Of a stretch of 64,000 nucleotides of DNA, positions 23,101-35,475 are shown piece after piece. Numbering within the stretch: position 1 is the first letter of the stretch; every line of letters begins with the position of its first letter. Source of the stretch: Phoronis australis (Eukaryota; Animalia; Phoronida); the NCBI GenBank assembly GCA_002633005.1, contig NMRA01000266.1:515925-579924 (forward strand), in the 5' to 3' direction. A program made the translations under genes and the position numbers. The notes below the pieces were generated by a model that was not told where the DNA came from, did not search any database, and saw only the letters and a list, made by a program, of their open reading frames with translations.

Positions 23101-26100
23101 GGTAATAACTATTTGGGGGCAGAATGATTTAACCATCTTACTAAATTTGTTGTTAATTCCCTTAAGGGAAGGCTACGCTAATGACGAATTCAGCATCTCT
23201 CCATCTGTCGTGACAGGGAAATCTGGGTAATTTTTCCGACTACTTTTAACTTACACTGTATAAACATCTTAAGATTAACCTTGCAAGAGCAACTGAAACA
23301 TCTTGAATACCATCAGCGGCTGTTCAGGTTCTCACACTTGTTACTGGGGACAAATAAGTAATTACTGTGTTACCCTGGTACAACTGTGCCAGGACAACAC
23401 AGTAATTACTTAGGGCTGTTCCAGCAAAATCTGTATGGGAGGGGGGAAGGCACTTTTATTTCGTACCCACCGCCCATATTTTTCATTTATTTCTACAACC
23501 CATGACCCATAATTTTTTAATTATTTTTAATAGGTTAAAATATAAAATCCAACACTTGCAAACAAACTGCCTCCAGGAGGACCAGTTAAGAACTTAGATG
23601 ATTGACAGACAAGAACTAGTTGTCTTGTCCAATATTGTCAAAAACTAAAGTAGCTCTGAGCAATACTTTTGGCAGCCACCAGGTGTCTCTGTTCACCATG
23701 TGTCTATAATTTCAATGAACATTTTTTCAATTATAAGGATCTATGAATCTCAAACTGTCTCCACGATATCTNAATCAGTGTTAAGTTCTATTGCACAAGT
23801 TGAACTACATATCTCACTGAGAATATCCCTTTAAGTTAGCCAACTCAATGTTACCTAGCAACCAACTGAATGTTACCTAGCAACAGCATACCTCTTGTTT
23901 TTGAGTACATGGTTTCACCTCTGCTTTTGGCTCCTTCCCTCATGCTGGGAGGCACATATTTGTTGCCTCCAGCCATACTGGGCTTCTGGGGGGCAACTAC
24001 TGCAGAGTCTGGACCCGGGGCCTTGTCCTCTGTTGTAGCTACGTCTTGCTGCAATAAACAGTCACCATAGCAACGGCGTGGTAAACACTCCTAGGACATT
24101 TTCTTCCAATTCTAAAAGCTATTAGAATAGTGCAGTTCTGTTAACAGCAAAAATGGCTGGTAATAAGTATTTGGGGACAGAATGGTTTAACCATCTTACT
24201 AAATTTGTCGTTAATTCCCTTAAGACAAGACTACGCTGATGACGAATTCAGCGTCTCTCCATCCGTCGTGACAGGGAATTCTGGGTAATTTTGTCCGACT
24301 ACTTTTAACTTATACTGTATACACATCTTAAGATTAACGTTGCAAGAGCAACTGAAACATCTTGAATACCATCAGTTCCTGTTCAGGTTCTCACACTTGT
24401 TACTGGGGACAAATAAGTAATTACTGTGTTACCCTGGTACAGCTGTGCCAGGACAACACAGTAATTACTTATTTGTCCCCAGTAACAGTACACTCTCAAA
24501 AGAAACTAACAAATACATTGTAGAAAGTGAGTTTAAGTTCAGAGTACATGTCGATTCAATACAAGTTTCTGTTTTGATTAATCCTTCTCAACATCCGATG
24601 TGTTAATGGTCCATTGAATGACGCATTTATAAACTACAACTGAATCGTGAATTTTGATTAAACTCTCACATGACACGAAGAATCAGTTGGAGCGTAAACA
24701 TATGTTGTCAGGGCTTGTTATGACCGACAAAAAGAGCAAAATTTTCTAAGTGATGTATCATTCCACAAATTAGCTATAAAAAATTTGGTATAGAAATATT
24801 TTTTTGTGTTGTTCAATTCAACTGAAATAAACATTTGAGCGTGAAAAAAAATCAAAATCATGATAGAAATGAAACAAAGAGGGGACTGGAAATCAAATAA
24901 GAGGAAATTGAAACCAAAAAAGAGGAAATCCCTGGCCTGTGTTGTTTAATGGATCATTAATAGATCAGATATATTGACGGAAATCAAAACAGAAACTTGA
25001 ACTGAGAGTGTAATGTAAACTGAACATTCTCATTTACACCTTCTCAGTTGATTCAATAGTCAACTGCGAAATTAAACTCACAAAATGGTGCTAGAACACA
25101 GGCGCGCCGGCACACTGGACAAAATACGCACCAGGTGTGACGCTAGAGCTAGTCTATTCTAGACTTACCTGCATCGGTGAAAGAGTATCCTTATATGGAC
25201 ATTTGGTGGTCCAATGGTCACCCTTACAGATACGACAGGACACCAGCTTCTGTCCCTTCAGCTTGGAGATAGCGTCGTCCTCTTGACTACTGTCCACCAC
25301 CTACACACACAGTACACTTAGGTAAATTACACTTAGGTAAAGTACACTTAAACACAGCACGCTCAAACACAGCATACTTTAACACAGTACACTTAGGTAC
25401 ATTTCCGTATTTCCACTTAGTGTTTGCCAGCTGCAAGCTTACCTAAACTGCAGCTAAACTTATGGTACAATATTACAACAACCGTGTGTATGCAGCTAAG
25501 TTTATGGTATAATATAACACTGAAGCTCCCCAATTTATGATACATTATGGTGAACCAGTGAAACTTAACTTTTTTCTCATTAGAAACCTAACACCATAAA
25601 AATGCTGTTGAGTTTTACACCATGGCAATGATGAGACAATGTTTTGAGAAACACAACCTTGTTAAAAGCCATTGAAACTGTATTTTGACAACCAGTTTGA
25701 TGCCTGTTATCCAGTGGAGAAAACTGGTTCTCAACATGCGGGCACAGTACATCCGACCATTACGTATATATCAATACATACGATGACCATTACGTATATA
25801 TCAATACATACGATGACCATTACGTATATATCAATACATACGATGACCGTATACGTATATATCAATACATACGATGACCATTACGTATATATCAATACAT
25901 ACGATGACCGTATACGTATATATCAATACATACGATGACCGTATACTAGCCTAAGGCAAGAAGTTACATAGTAATACACTTGCAACACACAACCAACAAG
26001 TGGAAAATGGCTGCCTACAATGTAGTGTGTTCAAAGTGGGGCATGTAACAATATAATTAGCACCGTGCATCTTTTTGTATGGTGACACATGGTCATGACA

Positions 26101-29100
26101 CCGTGAGGTGTGAATTTAACATATCAACGCTTCTGACTCTGCCGGCTCATGTGTTTCAACTCTCAAGCAAGACTGCAACAAGAATATGGAGCATTTTTAA
26201 AGAGATTCCATCTTTTAGAGCGCCCCGTATATTAACCTTTAGTGATAAGCATGTCTAAATCCCGATACCATGTTTCGAAACCTGGCTGGACACTGGCCAC
26301 TTTGCAAGGCACTAGCCTCTAGCCTCAGGTCGTGTGTACTTAAATGATAACAGTATGACTAACTAACACCGCTAAATTTGAAGGGTGGAGCTGTAGTCAC
26401 TTCTCAAATGCATTGTGGGATGCTTGTCGTTGATGAAACTTCCGCTTACATCACAGGTAATTCGTTGACGTGTCACCAGAGTTGCGATTTGGTTGTGTTA
26501 CCTGAGTTACGTCTTGGTTGTGTTACCTGAGTTACGTCTCGGTTGTGTTACCTGAGTTACGATTTGGTTGTGTTACCTGAGTTACGTCTTGGTTGTGTTA
26601 CCTGAGTTACGTCTTGGTTGTGTTACTTGAGTTACGTCTTGGTTGTGTTACTTGAGTTACGTCTTGGTTGTGTTACCTGAGTTATGTCTTGGTTGTGTTA
26701 CCTGAGTTATGTCTTGGTTGTGTCACCTGAGTTATGTCTTGGTTTAGATTGTGAGATTTATCTTCACTGTTATCAGATTATGCATGCCTCGAGAATGTTT
26801 CGTGCAAAAGATTTGATAAATAAATCTTTCTATAAATTTGATGCATCTTGAGGTTCCCTTTCAATCATTTAATTTCTAACTATGTTTGCTTGGCCATACT
26901 CGCACCAAAACGTCCCACAATGCATTTGAAGAGCAGCAGCGCAGCAGATGAAACCCTTTCTTACACTTACCTCTTTGTTATGTACAAATTGCATGAAAAT
27001 TTCTTCAGACACCACTGTGTTGGCCGGGTTTGGCCCGGGAGGGTCGTGGGCTGCGCCGCCGAATTTCTTCCATGTCTGAAGAAGGAGGTCACAGTTGAAC
27101 GAACCAACAACAGAACAAGTGCAGGGCTGTCAGAGCGACGAGTCAATACCAACTCCTTGCACTACAAGACTACTAAAGCAAGAAAACAAAACACCGTTTC
27201 CCCGTCACCAGGGCCGATTCTATTAAGTTAAACAGCAAAAACTACTAGTAGCCACCTTACTAACCTTAGAGTTAAGTCCCCTGATTTTCAGTCTTAAGGG
27301 AAGGTTACTCTGACTATTATGAATTCGGTTTCCGCCCAGGCGGCCATCACGACGGGAAATTCCGGCTCATTTTACCGGAATACTTTTATAATGTACTGTA
27401 TTTGCTATTCAGTCTTAAATGATCACAATTTGAAAAATCAGTTCTAGTCTAAGATAATGAAGACCTCGCGAAGCTAACACTCGAGTCGCTGTGCATAAGT
27501 TCATGGCACTGTGAATACCATGCCCCCCTTTACAGCATTTCAGAGCTGAACAAGCCACAGACCCATCGACACACCTTGAGCCTTAACCTACAAATTTTTA
27601 AATCACGAGACACGCTTCAAGTAAACTTTAAAATATAATGCCATGCGGTGTTCAATTTTTTAAACTAACTTGGGTACAGTTTGTTGGGCTTAGCCCCAGT
27701 TTGATCAGGTCTCTGCACCAATGCATTATTCAATGTCATTATGATGCGCGTAACGTTAATTTCCACAAATAGAGCAGAATCTGGTCAAAATTTTCCAAAA
27801 ATGCTTAAACATGAGAATGCATCACCACAAACTCTAACTTGTCAACAATCGATCTGCATGCATATGAAAACTCAAACCTAGGAAAGCGTCCCCACCTTTC
27901 GTTTGGCTATTGACTTGGACACTTTGATCGTCTCAACCTTGTATGTCCGGATGACCTTCACCTTTTTCCCCTCGTCGTTATACTTGTACTCTGTGATCTT
28001 CTTTATGCCCGTCTTCTCGTCAAATTCTTCGCTCATAGGGGGCAGGTCCGCTGAAATTCAGTGAGTCTATTCAAACCTTCGGCAGTAGTCACCAACAGTG
28101 GTTCCGTACGGTGAGAACCAGTTTCATGCCCGTAATTCAATGGACAAAAAACTGGTTCTCAACATCCAGGACTCTGTAAGTCACTATTAGCTTTACTTGA
28201 TAACGCATCAAGCTCATTAAAACTACGTTACAAAAAGAAGCGCCGTAACTTGCCAAGCAAGGAGTGCGCTTCGACAGTTCTGGTTCAAAAATGTTTTGTG
28301 TAGTCTCATGACACAGCCATTTTACAAAACCGTAGTGCATGTTCAATTGACCACACATTATCTAAAAAAAACAAAGGCGTAGGACACTTCCTTAAAATCG
28401 TGAAGTTCCTCGGACTTACAGATGCCCCAAAGCTTTCGAAGTAGCCAGCCACTTGTGGAAAAACATAAGAAGGCCTCCCTCAATCAATCAACGATTCTTT
28501 GACCAAATGGTTAAGATACTGAAGTCGAAATCTCGAGACTGCGTTTCAAAACCTGGCTGGAGACTATTGAGTTTGAAACAAACTGACCTATCACATCAGA
28601 CCGTTTTCAACCCCTGGCCTGCATAGCATTAACACTCACCTGCCTCGCCCTCTTCCACTTGATCAGCCCAGCTGGGCTTGTTTCTGAAATGAACACACGA
28701 TTCAAATTTTAGCTGGTAGTAACCAACAGCAACAGGTTCTCAAGTCGGAAGAATTTCTAAAATCAGACGAATTTACCCAAGAAGGAATAAGAATTTGGAA
28801 AAATTCCAATTGGGGAAAATTTCTAAGTTTTTATTGAAAGGTATTCATTAGGTGAAATTCGAGCTTGATGCCTTTGATATGATTTAAAGCTAGTTTATAA
28901 GGCAACACGTAGCCCCTCGGTTGGTAGGCAACACGCAGCCCCTCGGTTGGTAGGCAACACGCAGCCCCTCGGTTGGTAGGCAACACGCAGCCCCTCGGTT
29001 GGTAGGCAACACGTAGCCCCTCGGTTGGTAGGCAACACGTAGCCCCTCGGTTGGTAGGCAACACGTAGCCCCTCGGTTGGTAGGCAACACGTAGCCCCTC

Positions 29101-30275
29101 GGTTGGTAGGCAACACGTAGCCCCTCGGTTGGTAGGCAACACGTAGCCCCTCGGTTGGTAGGCAACACGTAGCCCCTCGGTTGGTAGGCAACACGTAGCC
29201 CCTCGGTTGGTAGGCAACACGTAGCCCCTCGGTTGGTAGGCAACACGTAGCCCCTCGGTTGGTAGGCAACACGTAGCCCCTCGGTTGGCTGGTTAGGGGC
29301 TACAGTACATCCCACTGCTGTCTGTACTAATTTCGTTCCCTTTATTTTAAACGGGTGGTAAGCAATACCTGCTCACTGATTAAGAGTTTTCAACTCGTCA
29401 AAAACACATTCTACACTATCCTTTAAAAAGCGCTTACTTTCTTAGTGATCCTTTCTGCTTCTAAGAATATCTTTGATTAAGCATACTTACAAGAGTTAAC
29501 TTAGGTGAATTTGGCGAAGAATTCCAACTCCAATTTTTGGTCACCATTAAGTTTTTCACCATGCACATGACAACCACAAAGTATTTCAATTGAGTTAGGT
29601 AAAGGCTAGCGCGAGACTGAGCGACAGCCACTGGCGCGTGACGCTTGCAAATAGCATGTGAAAATATCAGGTGAAATTTGTAACATTTGTGACCCTTGGA
29701 TATTTGTTCGCCAACAGGCACAAGTTTACATAATTTCCTCGTAATGGTCACTCATTTATTGTACGTTGAGAACGTTTATTTGAGAATCTGTTACTTTACT
29801 TTTTGTAGCTTAAGAATGTGGAGTTTAAGTAATAAAAATTTTTGAAAATGGAACTTGGGACATTGAAAATGACCCATCCAAAAACAAAATGGCCGACTTC
29901 GACCGCCCTACCATGGGTATGTTCAAGTCATGTCGACTAAGTTGTTTTCAGAGTCATGATGTATTAATTAGAACCCCATGAGGATATATGTATGTTTCAT
30001 CGGATTATACATGCTGTATTTTGAAATGATTAACTTTTTGTGAGGATGTAATATCGCCCCTGTATGCCTGCTGCATTCGGGGCGATGGCCTACTAACTCT
30101 GTCGAAATGATCAGCTGCTGAAAGAATGGTCGTGAAGGCAAATCACAAACGCCAATAACAGAGACATTATGTATAGGTAATTTAACAATACGTTGTGATG
30201 GGCTATAAGCAACACTAATGGCTCCAAAATTTGTTACTATTAAAAAGGAACTTACTCGAAATCGGCTGAAGGCAT
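20113..30275 (-). CDS. EIF3G: Eukaryotic translation initiation factor 3 subunit G, complete, 9 coding exons
   Basis: Minus-strand exons 30275-30256 (ATG, MPSADF), 28683-28640 ([12 protein letters not shown]), 28050-27896, 27075-26971 (WKKFG..DPPGPN), 25300-25169 (Zn finger [15 protein letters not shown]), 24048-23892 (duplicate at 22990-22834; KYVPPSMR), 22271-22138 ([11 protein letters not shown]), 21546-21440 ([22 protein letters not shown]), 20134-20113 (PSGNAN*). All phases are consistent when one copy of the duplicated exon is used. Confidence 0.97.
20908..21002. mobile_element. Short hairpin MITE (related copies at ~25672-25750 and ~28103-28178)
   Basis: Arms TAACGTGCCCGCATTATGAGAACCAGT / ACTGGTTCTCATAATGCAGGCACGTTA; core GAGAACCAGT..AAAACTGGTTCTCA recurs in two other eIF3g introns. 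Confidence 0.7.
22051..22067 (+). promoter_or_regulatory. Near-perfect CTCF consensus site
   Basis: GCCACCAGATGGCGCTA matches the bilaterian CTCF core CCASYAGRKGGCRS. Confidence 0.5.
22715..24470. other. ~700-bp duplicated segment including eIF3g exon 6, with N at 23772; probable haplotype artefact
   Basis: 22715-23412 is near-identical to 23773-24470, and the exon peptides are identical. Confidence 0.8.
24398..24487. repeat. 90-bp near-perfect palindrome (33-bp perfect arms)
   Basis: TGTTACTGGGGACAAATAAGTAATTACTGTGTT ... AACACAGTAATTACTTATTTGTCCCCAGTAACA. Confidence 0.9.
24709..24939 (-). mobile_element. Non-autonomous DNA element, 6-bp TSD family
   Basis: CAGGGCTT...GGCCTG termini flanked by a TGTTGT direct repeat; inverted homolog of 13377-13626. 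Confidence 0.7.
25755..25945. repeat. Minisatellite, 30-31-bp unit, about 6 copies
   Basis: GACCATTACGTATATATCAATACATACGAT repeated. Confidence 0.9.
26488..26745. repeat. Minisatellite, 25-bp unit, about 10 copies
   Basis: TTGGTTGTGTTACCTGAGTTACGTC repeated. Confidence 0.92.
27295..27586. mobile_element. TTAA-flanked non-autonomous element (Kolobok/piggyBac-type ends)
   Basis: TTAAGGGAAGG...CCTTAA ends; 5' portion homologous to 23162-23260 and 24220-24320. Confidence 0.45.
28900..29287. repeat. Minisatellite, 26-bp unit, about 15 copies, in eIF3g intron 1
   Basis: TAGGCAACACGTAGCCCCTCGGTTGG repeated; open in all three minus-strand frames. Confidence 0.95.
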
Positions 30276-30790
30276 GCTTCGAATATTTCGCACAAATTTT
30301 TACAATATGGCTCACCAAGACTTTACAGGTTAAGAATAATTAATATTTTATATTACAATGACACTATATGAAATATTTTCACATTTTTATGATTATATTT
30401 AATCCAAGATTACAAAAATTGCTTACATATTGAACTATAGCTCATACATGCATACATTATTTGTTAAATGTTACAAAAAACATTGATAGTCGGTCTTAGT
30501 CTTACAACCATGGTTTTGTTAGGAACACCGATGATTTTTTTCCACCATTGCAACTGGATAAGTGACTAGAACGCATGGCTTTAGAGATCGTAAGTCACCG
30601 ATCTACACGTCAGCGTTTAGATGTAGAAAAAATAGGTTTGATTTGAATTTAACTGTGTCGTTCACCAAACTCGGTTCCAGTAACAATAAACTGAAAGTTT
30701 AAATGCATTGTGCCAATTCAGGGCTGCAAGAAGTGAGGGGCCGGGCATACTCTCCTCGATCATTTGCGGGTTTCGGGGATGAACTGGGGC

Positions 30791-33302
30791 CGAGGGCAGT
30801 CGAGAAAAGAATAACAGCGAAACATGAAAAAGAGAGAAGATTCAAGAAAAACGTTGTCAACCACCAGTGCTTGGTTTACCATTTAAGGGCTCTGGCTAGG
30901 ACCGGCATCGACCTCATTTTTGCAGAAGATCGTCTAATTGCACTTGAAAACGTGATTTTATTACTCACCTCAATTTTCAAAGCGCAACTTCTGCAGAATA
31001 TGTTCATTCGTTGGATTTTTAAAATCCAGAAGGCAATTTTAAGGAATGTAAAATTGACGATTAAGACCTAAGCTGGGAAGAAATGGTTATGCTTCAGTGA
31101 CTTAAGTTGCAGACTGAAGTAAAGAAAATCACCCGTTCCCCAAATAACAATTTTCACTTAACGACATTTGCCTATCTAAAACACAGTAAAAAACACCAAT
31201 GAAATTCGAAAAGTTTTACAGTGTGCCTCCCCCGGTTTCACCCCCACGGGGGTCGGTCGATACAAAATTTGCATCATCGGGAGAATGGGGAAGGTGGTGG
31301 GATATGATAAATATTTACCTTCTTACGGGTCTGCACCATGAAAGTTATATTAGAAGTGGACCCAATCATGCTTTTCACAAACTCGAATTAAATGCAGGGG
31401 CCGATACAGGATTTTGAGTTAGGTGGGCCAGGGCAGAGTATAGGCCAGGGTTGGATAATGGAACCTGGGAGAATTTTAGGGGGCATAGCCCCCTTGGCCC
31501 CCTCTAAATCCGCCACTGCACAGTCATCGGATTGGCAACGACAAAAATTGGCCATTATGAGCGATCTCATTGGGTCAACATGCTGCCTGCCGCCGTTTAT
31601 TTGTTGACAGCATACCAAATTTTGTGTATATGAATGTATTCATTCACGCGCTGTGGTGGATAACTGAGGTTTGCGTCCGGCTGACGTCACTGAGACTGGT
31701 GATTATACATCTTTTCATATTTTAATTAATTACACCTTGAATGCCGTTTCATGCAGTTACATTGTTCATTAACTATTCAGTATACAATGACATTTAAGAA
31801 AAAAGTGATAAACTACTTCAAGCTTCTATCCCATAAAAGTTTTCTGATAGGCAAAAAATTGGGCAAAGATCTATCACGTAGACTTGAAATGTACTGTGGA
31901 TAGCTCGTCACATTGGTAGTATTGTAGGACTTTACATAAAAGTTTTGAAATAAAATCTTTTCTTTAGAAAGTGAAAGTTTGTGATCCTGATACATGTATA
32001 GTGTATGTTACCGTAAAAAAGAGACATTGGGACATATTGTTATGACACTAAAGAAAATGAACTCTGAAAAATAATGATATTCATAAAAAGAGACAATGGA
32101 ACACCTGGAGCCCGTTCCAACAAAACTGATTTAGCTAAGGTAAATCTTAAATTTTTGTAAATTTTAAAATAAAATTTAAATTTGTCTCAAAACCAATTCA
32201 AGAAAGAGATCTTAAGTTTGACTTAAGTGTTTGACATAAGTTTTCTCTTAATTTTGACTTACTTACCGAATGTGGAAACTTCAAAGTTTAGAAGTTAATA
32301 CAAATATTAAACTTAAGTCANCGAGGGCAGTCGAGAGAAGAATCACAGCGAAACATGAAATAGAGAGAAAATTCAAGAAAAACGTTGTCAACCACAAGTG
32401 CTTGGTTTACCATTTAAGTGCTCTGGCCAGACATCGACCTCATTTTTGCAGCATAGATCGTCTAATTGCACTTGAAAACGTGTCTGCACCATGAAAGTTA
32501 TATTAGTAGTGGACCCAATCATGCTTTTCACAAACTCGAATTAAATGCAGGGGCTGATCCAGGATTTTGAGTTAGGTGGGCCAGGGCAGAGTATAAGCCA
32601 GGGTTGGCAAATGGAACCTGGGAGAATTTTAGGGTGCATAGCCCCTTTGGCCCCCTCTAAATCCGCCACTGCACAGTCATCGGATTATATATCTTTTCAT
32701 ATTTTAATTAATTACACCTTGAATGCCGTTTCATGCAGTTACATTGTTCATTAACTATTCAGTATACAATGACATTTACGAAAAATGTGATAAACTACTT
32801 CAAGCGTCTATCCCATAAAAGTTTTCTGATAGGCAAAAAATTGGGCAAAGATATATCACGTAGATTTGAAATGTACTGTGGATAGCTCGTCACATTGGTA
32901 GTATTGTAGGACTTTACATAAAAGTTTTGAAATAAAATCTTTTCTTTAGAAAGTGAAAGTTTGTGATCCTGATACATGTATAGTGTACGTTACCGTAAAA
33001 AAGATACATTGGGACATATTGTTATGACACTAAAGAAAATGAACTTTGAAAAATAATGATATTCATAAAAAGAGACAATGGAACATCTGGAGCCCGTTCC
33101 AACAAAACTGATTTAGCTAAGGCAAATCTTAAATTTTTGTAAATTTTAAAATAAAATTTAAATTTGTCTCAACACCAATTCAAGAAAGAGATCTTAAGTT
33201 TGACTTAAGTGTTTGACATAATTTTTCTCTTAATTTTGACTTACTTACCGAATGTGGAAACTTCAAAGTTTAGAAGTTAATACAAATATTCAACTTAAGT
33301 CA
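30791..33302. other. Tandem duplication joined by N at 32321, with two indels between copies; probable haplotype artefact
   Basis: 30791-32320 vs 32322-33302; the second copy lacks ~30955-31328 and ~31534-31704. Confidence 0.8.
31395..31518 (+). mobile_element. GC-rich MITE (CAGGGGCCGAT...TCCGCCACTG); other copies at 32548-32671 and 49389-49713
   Basis: Short TIRs and shared internal GGATTTTGAGTT and CCAGGGCAGAGTA sequence. Confidence 0.7.
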
Positions 33303-35150
33303 AAAAAGAACTAGAGTCAGTTTCTGTTGCATAGTTGTCACGGTCAACATTCAAGGAAGAAAAACAGAAGAACTGGGACATCTGTTTCTAAGCCAAAACA
33401 AAAGGAAGAAATATTATCAAGGACAAAACACGTATCGATAGCGTTATCTGGAGACGCAACACTCAAAAATGCCCAGCGTTTTTTGTTGTATGTACAGTGG
33501 ATTGGGAAGCTGAAGGCTCAGCATGAAATGTCACGTTCTTTTCTTTTTAGACGAGCGGGAAAATATGGCTATGTCACGTGGGATATTACTATAGTACAAC
33601 GTCAGTTTGGCCGTGCTTCAAAATGCAGTCCGCCAAGAGTGGGCAATTGGCAAATACACTGGACGCTGTAAGCAACACGAAGTATTGGATCGGGTTTTTT
33701 AAAAGGTAGACACATCATTTTTTAAAATTTTATTTCCGAGGTATACGTAAGTACTACAGATAGGCCTAGCAGTAAGCTTACCTCTCAAAAATGGAATTGG
33801 CAAAAAACGGCATCTGGGCAACAGGTAAACACTGCACAAACGACTTAAAGAAACAATTGAAAACAGTGATAATGTACACACACACACGCACGCACGGAGG
33901 CACGCATACACGCACACCCACCCACTTAGCTAAGCAATTATGAGTAATTTTTAGGGCCAAAACTTCTTATTTAGACCCAATATAACATCTTTCGTAAAAT
34001 ACTTTAATATGATTAAACATCCAAAAATGCTTTGCCGAGAAGCTCCTGGCGTGATAGTTTGTCGAAAGTGGTTTTGCGACTGGAGCTGAAAAGATCAGAG
34101 GCCAAAGTACTCCCGGTATCCACTCAAAACTACGGATAGGTGGTTATAAAGATTGAGCAGTGTAATTGCCGGGTTTGTTGACTAATGTTCCCGAGAAATG
34201 GCTGATTGTATAGATCAATAGAGTCTCGCTTGATGAACAATTATAGCACAATGAAAACGGAGTATTGATTTAATAACTACAACGCTCGATCAAAACTCGG
34301 TCGATCAAGCAGCCGGAACTATTCTTAATGTATTCTCTGGCGGCTATTCTTGGGATCGCAAGCTATACATAGGTCACGTGACGGAGTTGGCATTCCTGGG
34401 CTGGAGTTCAATGGCTACACCTAACACTCGTTTACAAAATGCACGGCAATGTAGACGTTTTTAAGCCAACCATACGTAATTTTTTGTACTCCCCCTACGT
34501 CTTAGCCGTTTAATCGGCGATATTTACGTACGTCCCAATGAAATGAATATTTAGGTTTTTCAAGATTGGTTTTAGAATCATCGTTTTGTAACAAATTGGA
34601 TGTTGAAGTTCGATATCCAGTTTTTCAATATTTTAATAAAAACCTTTAACGTTTTAAGCCATTATATTTTTAAAGAGAAAAAGTGCGCTAAACTCTTAAT
34701 TCATATCTGCCGCCCAGCTGTCTATAAGAAGAGTTCCCTTCTCCAGATAATCTAGAACCGGAAATTTGAAGCACGGGCTCCCACTCTGAAATTGAACTTC
34801 AAAAGTTTGGTTCCTTGATATTTAAAAGTTCCTCAACCACCAAGCGGCTGACATGTTTGACCTAACTTTAATGTATAAATCAGTTATTCACAAATAGTTT
34901 TAGTCTGGAAAGAAAACGGTAGCTAAAATAAAAAACAGCGAATTCGGCACATGCCACTCGTTGGTGAACGAAAAGACGCTTATAATAATTATTTTGATAG
35001 TAATGCAATATATTCCATTTTAATGACAATAAACAGTTTGATATTCGAAATTTGTCACCTTGGAAAAGAACTTCATTTTGCCTACTTGCGATGCTGGCTT
35101 CCCGTAGTATCGGAAATATAGAAATATTAAAACACAAGTTGTCCAACTTA

Positions 35151-35475
35151 TACCCCCGTCACACCAGAGGCGCGGTGCCACTAAGGCTTTGGCCAAGGGA
35201 TCGCCGTAAGGTAACCAGTNNNNNNNNGTGGTCTTTGGACGGTACCACGGCGGTCTTGACGGTACATGGGCGGCGCACCATAAGGGGCTGGTGGGGGGGG
35301 GGCTATAGCGGTGGCACTACGGAAGTTTTGTACATGTTAAAATTTTGCAACGTGCAAGCGCGAAGGTCCGCACGTTGACTGTTTTCCTCCGTGCTACGGC
35401 GATCATGGCAATGCCACTGCGGGTTATTCCGTACAAGCACCGCAGTTGCACAGCACCTCCGGTGTGACAGGGGTA
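35151..35475. mobile_element. PIF/Harbinger (Tourist-like) MITE
   Basis: 20-bp TIR TACCCCCGTCACACCAGAGG / CCTCCGGTGTGACAGGGGTA (18/20), with TTA on both flanks. Confidence 0.8.

Noticed and set aside
28831-29315. Three overlapping repetitive ORFs
   Set aside because: A stop-free 26-bp minisatellite.
20134-30256. Intronic C/D snoRNAs in eIF3g
   Set aside because: No convincing RUGAUGA..CUGA pair with a terminal stem was found by eye on the sense strand.
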